Below, in pieces: positions 17,355-33,351 of a DNA stretch of 64,000 bases; positions within the stretch are counted from its first letter, which is position 1; each line of letters starts with the position of its first letter. The position numbers were made by a program, and so were the translations under genes. The notes beneath the pieces are model-generated. The model ran no database searches, was not told the origin of the DNA, and worked only from the letters and a program-made list of their open reading frames with translations. Source of the stretch: the human T2T-CHM13v2.0 reference genome, Homo sapiens. Where the stretch lies: assembly GCF_009914755.1 (NCBI RefSeq), contig NC_060925.1, one strand, 5' to 3'.

Positions 17355-17456
17355 GCACCAGCACCGCACATGTATACATATGCAACTAACCTGCACATTG
17401 TGCACATGTACCCTAAAACTTAAAGTATAATAATAATAAAATAAAATAAAATTTAA
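17355..17456 (+). mobile_element. Very short L1PA (PA2-4-like) extreme 3' end
   Basis: AACCTGCACATTGTGCACATGTACCCTAAAACTTAAAGTATAATAAT. Confidence 0.92.
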
Positions 17457-17589
17457 AAAAGGCTCAAACTTTATCCCACAGGCAATGTGGAGCCATAGAA
17501 TGAGTGAAGCAGGAAAACTCAAGGAGACAAGGAGATATCTTGAAACCTTCGCAATGAGAAAAGGTTCGGAGATTTTGTGAGAATTCAGC

Positions 17590-17740
17590 CATTCCCACAA
17601 TTGCTTATAACAGTCATACCTAACGGTGCACACTAGAATCATTTCCTGCAAAGTCAGGAACAAGGCAAACTTGCCTACTATTGCTACTTTTTGTTCAGCG
17701 TTGTATTGAAGCCTCCCACCAGCACAGAAAAAGAAAGACC
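17590..17740 (+). mobile_element. Old L1 ORF2 (RT region) fragment
   Basis: ATTTCCTGCAAAGTCAGGAACAAGGCAA (SGTRQ motif). Confidence 0.6.
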
Positions 17741-17844
17741 TTAAGGATTACTGTGACCATCTACGTATTTTTCATTGCTGAGTCAAAGAAGGTGCTTGTA
17801 TATTTCCCTCTTTCTTCATCTTTATGTTTTTCCTGGAGTTTTAA

Positions 17845-18299
<455 letters not shown>

Positions 18300-18937
18300 G
18301 GAGCTGGGATTCTTAATCTGTTTCGTGGGATGACTCTATCAACCTCTGGGCTGGCCCCGTGCAAAGAGCTGGAGTATGCGTTGGCAGATACAGAGGTGCG
18401 GTAGGTATGTCTCAGTTATGCGAACTTCATAAAGTTCACAAAGAAGAGGACAGTTGCAGGAAATCCCAAAGGCCACCAAATGAAAGAAGGTCCTATGAAG
18501 CGATGCCTGGAGGCCCAGCCACACTGGCCAACGCTCAGCTCTCCAAAGGGCCGAGCCACCTCTGTGCAGCAGCAGGGCTTTTGGATCTTTATCCCCCTGC
18601 CTAGAATGTTCTTCTCTGCTCTTCCTTGGGTTGGCACTTGGGTAGCATTTCCTTGGGTTGCTCAAGGCTTTGTTACCAAGTCAGGGTCCCACCTTCCCTA
18701 GGCAGAATGCTTCATGGAGGCTCCCCAGGCCTTGTGCAAATGGGGGTCTATCGTATCAGGTCATCAGACTAGTCCATTCCTGTCGCAGCCTTGGGACTAG
18801 TGGACACCATCTCTGGCCCTTGCAGAAATACATGAAATGAAGCACTTGGAAAATTCCATGTTAATCAGCACCTGGAAGCAGAGGACTTCTTTCTGAGCAT
18901 AAGTGAGAAGCCCTCAAGGGCTCCCAGAAATACCTGG

Positions 18938-18938
<1 letters not shown>

Positions 18939-18977
<39 letters not shown>
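18939..18977. repeat. (CT)n microsatellite
   Basis: Near-pure CT run. Confidence 0.95.
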
Positions 18978-18981
<4 letters not shown>

Positions 18982-19982
18982 ACCACATCTAATCATCTAT
19001 TTACTCAATACATTGTGTGAGCACTTCCCCGGTGCCAGCCTGTGCTAAGCACTGAACACCAGGGCAGGCTGTTCCTGGCACAAGGGCACACAGCCCAGGG
19101 GCAAGTAGGGCTGAGATCCAGCCCGGGGACCGTTTGCCAAGCTGTGGGCCCAGAGAGCAGCATCTGCCCCAAAGGATTCCTTTTTCTAATTCCCTCAAAA
19201 GCACTGCATGCGCTGGCTGCAGCCCTGCACATTAATGAATTAAACCCACATGGTCCCTGCCCTTGTGGAGCTCCAGTCCAGTGCAAGACAGACACATAAT
19301 TAAACAATTAAACATATAATTAGAATTCACCCTTATTTTGCTGGTGAGGAGACTGGGTTTCCTAGAAACTAAGTGACTTAAACAGTTAGTGACAGGGTCA
19401 GGGTTCAAACTCTCATCTCCTAGCTCCAAAGCCACAATCTGTTCTACAGCGTGATAGAGGCATTTGAGCTACATCAGTATTCATTCTGAGCATCAGCCCT
19501 GATCTCCAGCATTTCAGATTCTCCCTCTTTCTGACCCATTTGATTACAAGCTCTGGTTCCCCTCATCCTGAAGGTCCCTCCTCTTGACCTTGCCAGCTCC
19601 TTCAGCTCATCCCAGCCTCTCTCCTCCCTCTGGCTGCCAAACCTCTAACTTGGATCCACCTGCTTCCTATTGCCAAAGCTTGCAACAGTGAATGACTCTT
19701 GCAGCTGGTACTTCCTGTCCCAGGCGTCTTTTGGAGCCAGTCATGCATCCCAGAGGCTGGGCTGGGGATAGAACTGAGCAACAGTCCCTGGGCCATACTC
19801 AGAATTCCATTCCCAGTGGCAACACAAGCCATCACAAATCTAGGAATAAGCTGAAATGAATAAAATTATGAAACTTTACTGAAGGTCATAAAAGGCGATC
19901 TGAATCAACGGAGAGACTTGCCATGCTCCTGGGTGGAAAAATTCAGTACTATAAAGATGTCATTTCTCTTCGGAGTCATCTA

Positions 19983-20657
<675 letters not shown>

Positions 20658-20764
20658 AGACATTTTAAATGGAATTTGACAAGCTGATTCTCAGGTTAAT
20701 CCGGAAAGAAAAAAATACAAAGAGAATACACAACAACAGAATATCCAAGAAAAAATTTTCAGTA

Positions 20765-20961
20765 GTTTTTATTGTGGTAAAATATATGTAACATAATATT
20801 TATCATTTAAACCATTTTTAAGTGTACAGTTCAATGGCATTCAGTACCTTCACACTGATGTATAACCACATCACCACCATCCATCTCCAGAACTTTCCAT
20901 CTCATCTTCCCAACTGAAACTGTGTACCCATAAACACCAACTCCCCATTCTCCCTTCCCCA
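20765..20961 (-). mobile_element. L1MB 3' end fragment
   Basis: ATTGTGGTAAAATA..AAGTGTACAGTTCA..TCCAGAACTTT; flanked by CAAGAAAAAATTTT direct repeats. Confidence 0.8.
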
Positions 20962-21997
20962 CAAGAAAAAAATTTTAATGAATAAAAACAAGAAAACTGT
21001 CAAGCCAGAAATAAAGATACCTTATAAAACAAGATAAATTATATCTATCAATCATAAATGTAGCATTTCAAATCCATGAGGAAAAGATAGACTATTTAAT
21101 AAATGGCATTAAGACAAATGGCTCTCCAATTTTAAAAATAGAAAATTTGAACTCTACCTCACACCAGACACACAAAGTCCCTTGAATTTAAAGAACTCAA
21201 TGTAAAAAAAAAAAAACCCATAAAATCATTAGAAGAAAAGTAAGAAAGGTGGACAGATTTGACTACATAAAAACATTTAACTTCTGAATGACAGAAGACT
21301 CGATGAGCAAAGTTATAAGATGAATAACAGGCGGGGAAAACAAACCCACCATAGACATGCAGAAATGGAACAAAAACATATCTTGAAATAATAACAATTT
21401 TGCTTTTATTTTTCCCACTTCCTCACATCAATCAGAGATTTAAAATTACCTAGGAGAATTTGTGCTTTTATAGCAGGAATATAAAGAGAGAGAAACAGTC
21501 AGTGTTTGGATGTCATTGTTTTTTTAACTTTCTGGATAGTCTACTGAAGCCCACATCAGAAATCACACTTTTGAAAGGCAAAGTCTTTTGATTTGCAAGA
21601 GGCTGCTTTTGCTGAGAGAAGAAAATGCTCTTGAAAATCAAAAGGGAAGGCCTTGGAGGAAGCTGAAGGTAAAATTTATGCCTTAACGATGGATTGAGAG
21701 GGAATGAGAAGACCCAGGTCGTGTCTCCCCTAGGGAAGTAAATGGGGTCACTGAGCTGGGAAAGAGAAAGGCAGTAGGAGTGAGAGTGACCTTCGAAGAG
21801 GTCAGGGGGATCCGGGATGGGGAACTGGACCTGTGGGACCCAAGGAGAGGAGTGGAGTCAGTGCCCAGAGACAGCTAAGTCCACTCCGTCACCACTACTG
21901 GGGAGCTTCCTGGGGACTGGGCCATCACCAGCAGACCTTCTGTGAGCATTCAGCTGGATACCACAGGCCACCTTGGCTGAAGAGCCACATTAGTCAT

Positions 21998-22374
21998 TGT
22001 ATTAATCCATTCTTTCATTGCTATAAAGAACTACCCGAGACTGGGTAATTTATAAAGAAAAGAGGCTTAATAGACTCATGGCTCTGAAGGCTGTACAGGA
22101 AGCATGGCTGGGGAGGCCTCAGGAAACTTAAAATCATGGCAGAAGGTGAAGGGAAAGCAAGCACATCTTACATGGTCAGAAAAGGAGGAAGAGAGTGAAG
22201 GGGAGGTGCTACACACTTTTAAACAACCAGATCTCATGAGAACTCACTATCACGAGAACAGCAAGGGGGATGTCCACCCCATGATCCAATCACCTTCCAC
22301 CAGACCCCTCCTCCAATATTGGGGGTTACAATTCAACATGAGATTTAGGGGGGACACAAATCCAAACCATATCA
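21998..22374 (-). mobile_element. THE1D-like MaLR solo LTR
   Basis: TGTATT...CCATATCA termini; near-perfect 5-bp TSD GTCAT/GCCAT. Confidence 0.9.
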
Positions 22375-22659
22375 GCCATTCAGCTCTGCACTGTCTGACG
22401 AGGGCCTTCATTGACAGCTGTCTGGAGTGCTCAGCAGGCGTGATACCTACTCATGTCCTGATACTTTGCTGAGGACCCCCATCCACACTTATCCCTAGTA
22501 ATGCCTTCCCTTTTCACATGGCTCAGGACATTCACCAGCCTCCCAAACCAAGGGTGGGATCTTTGATACCCACAGAGGAGGCAGTAATATGGAGTGAAGA
22601 CTGCCTGCAAGCTGTCCTTGGGTAGAACTAGATAATGGTATAATCTACCCTGGTTAAAG

Positions 22660-23120
22660 TGATCCACAATATATAAAGAGCTCCTATAAATCAACAAAAA
22701 GGAGGCCAACAACCTAATAATTAAATTGGCAAAAGATATGGAAAAGAGAATTCACAGAAGAAATACAGATGTCTAATAAGTATATGAAAAGATGTTCAGT
22801 GACTGTTCTAATTAGAAAAATGCAAGTTAAAACAACAATAAGATATATTTTGCTTAGCAAACTGGCAAAAATTTAAAAGGCAGATAAGGGAAAAAAGCAC
22901 CTTCCTTTGCCATTGGTGGAATTATCCATGGGTGAAGGCTTAGTAAAGGGCAATTTTGTAATTCTATTGAAATTTTAAATGTGTACAGTTTTAAACCCAA
23001 CAATTCCACTTCAACCAAAATGTCCAACCAGGGGATGGCTGAGAAAGTCATGAGCAAAGGGGCCTGTCTGACATGTGTGTGTAGAATGGTTTTGCAACAT
23101 CATTGTTATGAAAAACTGGA
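22660..23120 (+). mobile_element. Old L1 ORF2 3' fragment (L1ME-like)
   Basis: GAGCTCCTATAAATCAACAA..GGCAAAAGATATG..ATGAAAAGATGTTCA. Confidence 0.7.
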
Positions 23121-23139
23121 TTGGGAGTAAAGTTGGGGA

Positions 23140-23500
23140 TGTTGCCATTTAGGTGGTGATCATGATAGGCTGGACTGAGAACACGATCCTTGAGTGACCC
23201 ATAAAAGAGGTGAGAAGTGACCCATGCATACTTTTGGGAGAAGACATTCCAGGAAAAGGGAATAGCCAGTGTAAGGCCCTTGGGGGAGGTGGAAGCCCAT
23301 GCCTAGCATGTTTGGGAAAGTGACGCCACTGTAGCTGGAGCAGAGTGGCAGGGAGGAGGGAGGGGGACTGGGAGGAGGGCACGCCAGGGAGATCCCCAGA
23401 GGGGAGGTGGAACCAGTAGGCACATCACTCAGGGCCTTTCAGGCCATCGTAAAGGCGCTTTGGTTTTGCTTAGAAACTGGAAGCCACTGAAGGGATTTAT
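23140..23500 (-). mobile_element. L2 fragment
   Basis: ACATTCCAGGAAAAGGGAATAGCCAGTGTAAGGCCC..GGAAGCCACTGAAGG. Confidence 0.65.
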
Positions 23501-23679
23501 TATTTAGATTAAAAAAGCAGAATGTAAAATCAAAGTATAGGATGCTATATTGAAAAAGTCATTTTAAAAGGTTGAAAGGGAATCATCAAAATTGACCACA
23601 GCTGCCGAGTTAGGGTGAAGGGATTATGAATTTTTTCCTCTATCCAACTTAATGTTTCTGTGTTGCACGTTTGTGATTA

Positions 23680-24124
<445 letters not shown>

Positions 24125-25354
24125 TTAGAGGCAGGTGGAGGGTGGGGCCAGGACCGAGACAGAAGTGGGGCCAGGGGTAGGGAAACTGGTACAGAGGTCG
24201 GGGGGAGGGAGAGAGGGGGACACTGAGGCAGACAGAGAGATGGGAAAAGTGAGACCAAGAGAAGCAGAGGTGAGAAATAGGGAGAGACAGAGACCAGGAC
24301 AAGGGCAGGGGCCCGTGGAGGAGGCCACCTCCATGGTACTCCCTTCAGGACCTCAACACCCCATCAACCTCTCGAGACCCCTGTAAGATCCACGGGCCCA
24401 GGTGCCTGATCTAGGCAGCCCAGCAATGGCCCATCCTCCAGCCCCACTCCAGCATCTCAGGGTCTGGGAACTCAGGAGCCATCGGTGCTGCTTGGATGAC
24501 CTTAAGCAGGGAAGTGGCATGACCAAGCTCAAGTGTCACAGAGCCCCTGTCTGCGAGGAGGAAATGGGTTGGGTCCAGGAAAACCACTCTGAGAAATATC
24601 GGGTACTTCTAAGAGCAAGGCAGGGCTACAAAGCGCTTTCATATCACCTGCGCGCACACACATGTGTGCACACACGCACACCCACACGTCTTGGGGGGGG
24701 GGGGCACACATTCGTTACAGCCCACACAGAGAAATTCCAGTATGTGGTAAGGGCCAGAGCTCTTACATCTGCTGGAGGCAGCCAGCAAGGCCAGAAGTGC
24801 ACCTGCAGCAGGAACTCATCTGCTGAGACACTGTACAGACCCTGGTGGGGCGCTCCTCACACCTGCTTGGCCCAGTTGACTCAGGGCATCCAGGGGGGAC
24901 AGTTGCATGCACCCTGCTTGAACCCCATTTCAAATGCGCCCTGCAGCTTCCCTCAGCTTTTCTGCCTCCGGGCTTTCTCCTTAGCTGCAGAAGGCCACTC
25001 AACCCTCCAGCAGACACAGCTTGGAAGTCCAGGAAGCTGATGTCCCTGCGGCAGCCCTCAGCAATGAGGGACTGGAATCATGGATAAATGCGTCAGCTTT
25101 CCTACCTTCTGTGGAACAATTCTGAGGGTATTCCTCATGGTTTCTCTGAGGGGCCCCAGCAGGATATGCCCAGTTGCCTACAGTGGGAACCAGCTCAGAG
25201 AACACCCTCGTTGAAGGAATCATTGGTCCTGTGGAGCCCCACGGCCTGGGTGTGTCTACTTGCCTCTTTGCGGTATCATTTACTTGCTTCTCCATCCCCT
25301 ATATTTCCTGTAGATAGAAGTCCGGCCTCAGGTTCAACTCTTCTGGCAAGGCAC

Positions 25355-25792
25355 CAGAGCAGGCACTGTTGGTGTCCCACCATGTCCCATGGGCCAGTGC
25401 TGGAGGCCACCTGCAGACCTTCTGAGTCTTGCAACCTGAGGGCATTTTCTGCTCCTGAGAAGAGCCAGGGAGTTAACAACCCCGAGCAGCCTTTGACTAG
25501 CGTTGGGTGGAGATTGGTGGCTAAATAGCCCAGCTTCCTCGCCTCTCTAGGGAAGGTTTCCGACATGTTCTGTATAGCCTTTCAGAGGGTCCCCAGAGGA
25601 ATGGAGCTCCAGTTCCCGGAGTAAAGACCCACTCATTAATTCACTTTTTATTGGCTTTCTGCCTTTCCCTGCCTCACTTCCCTATTCTCTTAAAGACGGA
25701 TGCTTTCTGGGATCATCTTCCAAATAAATCACTTGCACCCCGATCCTTTTCCTAGATACAGTCTGCTTTTTTGGGAAATCCAAACTAAGGCA
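25355..25792 (+). mobile_element. ERVL solo LTR (LTR16-like)
   Basis: TAAATAGCCCAGC TATA-like box; GGGATCATCTTCCAAATAAATCACTTGCAC..CCAAACTAAGGCA end. Confidence 0.75.
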
Positions 25793-25909
25793 GCCCGTTC
25801 TTAGTTTGTACTGCACGTGACACAACTGTAAGGGTTGTGTACTGCACGTGACTTCACTTCAGGAGATACAAGAGCAGTGCTAGGGTGGGCCCATGGGCTC
25901 AGGTGTGAC

Positions 25910-27150
<1,241 letters not shown>

Positions 27151-27184
27151 TTTTAAGACCTCCAGGAGGAAATTAAGACATGAG

Positions 27185-27414
27185 GGCTCTCAGCCTCAAC
27201 CTCCTGGGCTTCAGCCATCCTCCCACCTCAGCTTCCCTAGTAGCTGGAAATATAGGCACATGCCACCACGCCTGGCTAACTTTTGTATTTTTTGTAGAGA
27301 TGGGGTTTCACCATGTTGGCCAGACTGGTCTCCAACTCCTGGCCTCATGTGATCCGCTCGCCTCGGCCACCCGAAGTGCTGGGATTACAGGCATGCGCCG
27401 CTATGCCCAGCCCA
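27185..27414 (-). mobile_element. Tail-less partial AluJ
   Basis: Antisense Alu lacking its 3' end. Confidence 0.85.
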
Positions 27415-27570
27415 GTTCGTCTCTTACTGATGGACATTTGGATTGTTTCCAAAATTTCAAATAATGCCACAATGAATAACTTTGTGCATAAATCATTTTG
27501 GTATTTTTCTCTGTGTATCTTTAGGTTAGAACCCTAGAAGTGGGATTGCTGTGTCAAAGGGTAAATATTA
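27415..27570 (-). mobile_element. Old L1 (L1ME-like) fragment
   Basis: GATGGACATTTGGATTGTTTCCA..CCTAGAAGTGGGATTGCTGTGTCAAAGGGTA. Confidence 0.7.
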
Positions 27571-27586
27571 ATATATAAGTAATCAT

Positions 27587-28184
<598 letters not shown>

Positions 28185-28186
28185 AA

Positions 28187-28814
28187 TTTTTTTTTTATAC
28201 TTTAAGTTCTAGGGTACACGTGCACAATGTGCAGGTTTGTTACATATGTATACATGTACCATGTTGGTGTGCTGCACCCGTTAACTCATCATTTACATTA
28301 GGTATATCTCCTAATGCTATCCCTCCCCACTCCCCCCACCCCATGACAGGCCCCCAGTGTGTGATGTTCCCCACCCTCTGTCCAAGTGTTCTCATTGTTC
28401 AATTCCCACCTATGAGTGAGAACATGTGGTGTTTGGTTTTCTGTCCTTGCGATAGTTTGCTCAGAATGATGGTTTCCAGCTTCATCCATGTCCCTACAAA
28501 GGACATGAACTCATCCTTTATTATGGCTGCATAATATTCCATGGTGTATATGTGCCACATTTTCTTAATCCAGTCTATCATTGATGGACATTTGAGTTGG
28601 TTCCAAGTCTTTGCTATTGTGAATAATGCAGCAATAAACATACGTGTACATGTGTCTTTATAGCCGCATGATTTATAATCCTTTGGGTATATGCCCAGTA
28701 ATGGGATGGCTGGGTCAAATGGTATTTCTAGTTCTAGATCCTTGAGGAATCGCCCCACTGTCTTCCACAATGGTTGAACTAGTTTATAGTCCCACCAACA
28801 GTGTAAAAGCGTTC
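28187..28814 (-). mobile_element. 5'-truncated L1PA (PA4-6-like): ORF2 C-terminus plus 3' UTR
   Basis: ORF 28399-28770 (-) = L1 ORF2 C-terminus (LEIPFDPAIPLLGIYP..TCTRMFIAALFTIAKTWNQ); L1PA 3' UTR and tail. Confidence 0.97.
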
Positions 28815-28870
28815 AATAGGATAAATTTTTAAACTGGCTCTTTGAAAGTACTTTTTAAAAACACAAAATT

Positions 28871-29510
<640 letters not shown>

Positions 29511-29529
29511 AAGCACAAAATCACTTGCA

Positions 29530-29770
29530 AGCTTAAATAAGTAAAAAAGAGAGAAAATATATATAAAGGATGAGAAAGGAGATATCACTACAGTTATAGA
29601 AGTTACTAAATAATTTAAAAGTTAGCATTATGGCAACAAATGTCTTAGTCCACGGGAGACTGACAGTCAATCAAAATATAAATGACCAAAATTGACTCGA
29701 GAAGTAGAAAAGCTGAAGAGAACAATAATCAAAGAAAAGATTTAAAAGGCTGTTGAAGAGCTCTCATTAA
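29530..29770 (+). mobile_element. Old L1 ORF2 fragment
   Basis: GGATGAGAAAGGAGATATCACTACAG..CCAAAATTGACTCGAGAAGTAGAAAAGCTGAA. Confidence 0.65.
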
Positions 29771-30045
29771 AACAAATCATAAGTCTCTCTCTCTCTCTGT
29801 TTTCCTCTTCCCCTCTCTTCCTTCCTTCTTCCCTCCCTCTCATCCTCCCTCCCTCCTTTCTCCTCCTCCATCTCTATCTCTCTCTCACCTTTTTCTGTGT
29901 GCTGGCTCCACTCCTTCATGTTACACAGTCTCTGCTATGGTTTGGATGTATGTGTCCCCCAAAATTCATAAGGGTGGAACTAAAACCTAGTGTGATAGTA
30001 CCCAGAGGTGAGGCCTCCAGGAGGTGATTAAGACATAAGAGCTCT

Positions 30046-30562
<517 letters not shown>

Positions 30563-32400
30563 ATAAGGGCTCCACCTGCATGAATGGGAGTAGTGCCCTT
30601 ATAAAAGGTCTCAAGGGAACTAGCTAGGCTCTTTTGCCCTTCTGTCGCTTCCGCCATGGGAGGACACAGCGTTCGTCCCCTCTGGAGGATACAGCAACGA
30701 GGCACCCTCTTAGAAGCAGGGACCAGCCCGTCACCAGACACTGAACCTGCCAGCACCTTGATCTTTAACTTCCAGCCTGCAAAACTGTGAGAAATCGATT
30801 TCTGTTCCTTACAAATGATCCAGTCTCAGGTATTTTGTTAAAGCAGCATGAACACACTAAGACATTGTCCACACAACCAGAAAGGGATCCACTGGCAACC
30901 TCAGAGGCAGCTCGCCGACAGCCCACCCTTCATTCCCTTGTGAAACATAAGAACGAGGACTGGCCTATCCTGTTCATTATAACAGTAATAATCAGAACAA
31001 CAATAATAAAAACCATAGACTGCTTGTCCAGCTTCAGTTGCAGGGTCAGTCGTTACAGTGTCTGAAGGATGCAGTCTGGGGCCCTGCCTAGGTTGGGGCA
31101 CGCTCCTCCACTTCATGGCTGAGGCAACTGGGGCACCGTGATTGATAACTCCACCCAGGTCACGTGGCGCTGGGGGCAGTTACCCAAGGAGCCATAAGCC
31201 TATGGATGATCACCGTGCCCTGCAGGCACTCCAGCACTTTCAGACGATGAAAACGGGAAGATTTCCCAATCTGTTCCATACTCTACTGGTTCCTTCTCAT
31301 TTTCATTGCCTGACTTGAGGCATGATGAACCATGACCTCAAGTCAAACAAGGCCACAAGGCTAAAATTTAACTGGATACCATCTCCAATGTCATTCATAC
31401 GACATTTAACACATACTTGTGGAGCACCCACCTTGCTCTGGGCACTGGGGAATCAGAAAGGGACAAAGAGAATATCCAACAAGACCTGTCTTCGTGGTGC
31501 TCACTTTCTGTCCATGGAGTTGTGGGGCCCCAAGAACGTGACAGAATGAAAGATCCAATCCAGTTCAAAGGTCTTTGTTGTAAAATGAAATACCATGTTT
31601 ACATATCTTAGGAGACAAAGAAATGTGAAACCTAGCCCCAGTCTGAGTAGGAGTGCAGCCTTCTCAGAGCAAAGAGAATAATTAGATCATGTGAGTCACT
31701 GGAATCCAGGAAGCAGCCTACATGAGGCTCCCATTTTGTAAGTTTCAAGAAAGCAATTTGAAGTAGCGGCTAAGTGCAAGGATTCTTAGTTCAACTCTCA
31801 GCTCCACTACTTATTGGCTGGGTGATCTGATTAAGTTTGTTACCTTCTTTGTACCTCAGCTTCTGGGGCCAGGCCCCAGACTACGTCCTTCAGATGCTGT
31901 AAAAGTGATAAAAATTATATTTATCTCGTGGATTACACATATAAGAAAGTGTTTATTGAGTGCCTACCAAATGCAAGCATTATTCTAGGCATTTGGTAGA
32001 CATCAGAGAACAAAACAAAGATCTTGACCTCTCGCAGGGGGAGACAAACAGTGAATGCAATAAGCAAGCAAATATATGTATTTCTGGAGATGATAGGTGC
32101 TGTGGAAAAAGGAAAAAATAAAGCAGAGAAAGACGGAGAAAGAGGGGAGGGAGGGCTTGCTAGATTCCTAGAGTTGTCAGAGTTGGCTTCATTGAGATGG
32201 TGAGATTTGAGTGGGAACTTAAAGGAGGTGAGTGAGTGAGTCAAAGCAGATATCTGGGGAAAAAGCTCTCCCAGCAGAAGGAACAAACAGCTAGTGCAAA
32301 GGCCCTGCGGCAAGAGCTTGTCAGGGAGTGTTGGAGAAAAAACAAGAAAACCAGATGGCTGCAGCTGAGGAGGGGAGAAAGGAGTAAGAAAAGGAATCAG

Positions 32401-32705
32401 GGTCGGGTGCGGTGGCTCACACCTGTAATCTCAGCACTTTGGGAGGCCGAGGTAGGTGGATCACAAGGTCAGGAGTTCGAGACCAGCCTGACCAACATGA
32501 TGAACCCTTGTTTCTACTTAAAATACAAAAATTAGTCGGATGTGGTGGCATGCACCTGTAATCCCAGCTACTCAGGAGCCTGAAGCAAAAGAATCACTTG
32601 AACCGGGGAGGCAGAGGTTGCAGTGAGCCGAGATCACGCCATTGCACTCCAGCCTGGGTGACAGAGAGAGACTCCATCTAAAAAAAAAAAAAAAAAAAAA
32701 AAAAA
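32401..32705 (+). mobile_element. AluS
   Basis: Full Alu; TSD A(A/G)GAAAGGAATCAG-like. Confidence 0.94.
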
Positions 32706-33179
32706 GGAAAGGAATCAGATGGTGGCAAGCCCTGGAGGGCAATGAAAGGACTTTGGCTTTTACTCTGAATGATATGGGAGCCACCAAAGGTTTTGAGCAG
32801 AGGAGGGACATGATCTGATCACATATTAAAAGAATCCCTCTGGATTCTGTGTTGAGACTAGAAGATAAGTGAACAAGGTGGACGCAGGAAGAACAGTCAG
32901 GAAATGCAATGGCTATTGCAGCAATCCATGCGAGAGATCGCAGTGGTTCAGACAAAGGCAGTAACAGCGGAGGTGGTAAGAAATGGCCAGATTCTGGATG
33001 TATTTTGATGGTAGAACCAACAGAATTTCCCAACTGGAATATGGGGTGTGAGGAAGAGAGGGGAGTCATCCGTTTTTGGTCTGAGCAATTGGAAGGACAC
33101 TCATCAACTGAGGTAGAGCAGCCTTTGTGGGGGAAAGATCAGGAATTCAGTTTTGAACATGTTCAGTTTGAGATGTCTA

Positions 33180-33351
33180 TTTTTATTTTATCTTATTTTA
33201 TTTTTTGAGAAAGAGTCTCACTCTGTCGCCCAGGCTGGGGTGCAGTGGCGTGATCACAGCTCACTGCAGCCTCCAACTCCTGGCTCAAGCAATCCTCCCC
33301 GCTCAGTGTCCCCAGTAGCTAGGACTACAGGTGCGTACCACACACCCAGCT
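33180..33351 (-). mobile_element. Alu monomer (FRAM/AluJ right arm)
   Basis: Single monomer; TSD AGA(T/C)GTCTATT. Confidence 0.85.

Noticed and set aside
24402-25040. Longest ORF in the window (212 aa)
   Set aside because: GTG start, crosses a simple repeat and a G12 run, no recognisable domain; expected by chance in GC-rich DNA.
25807-25852. Repeat-spacer-repeat resembling a minimal CRISPR array
   Set aside because: Only two 15-bp repeats, primate DNA, no cas genes; kept only as a duplicated E-box.
28399-28770. 123-aa ORF with clear protein homology
   Set aside because: It is the C-terminus of L1 ORF2p in a 5'-truncated L1PA with no promoter, EN or RT; annotated as a mobile element.
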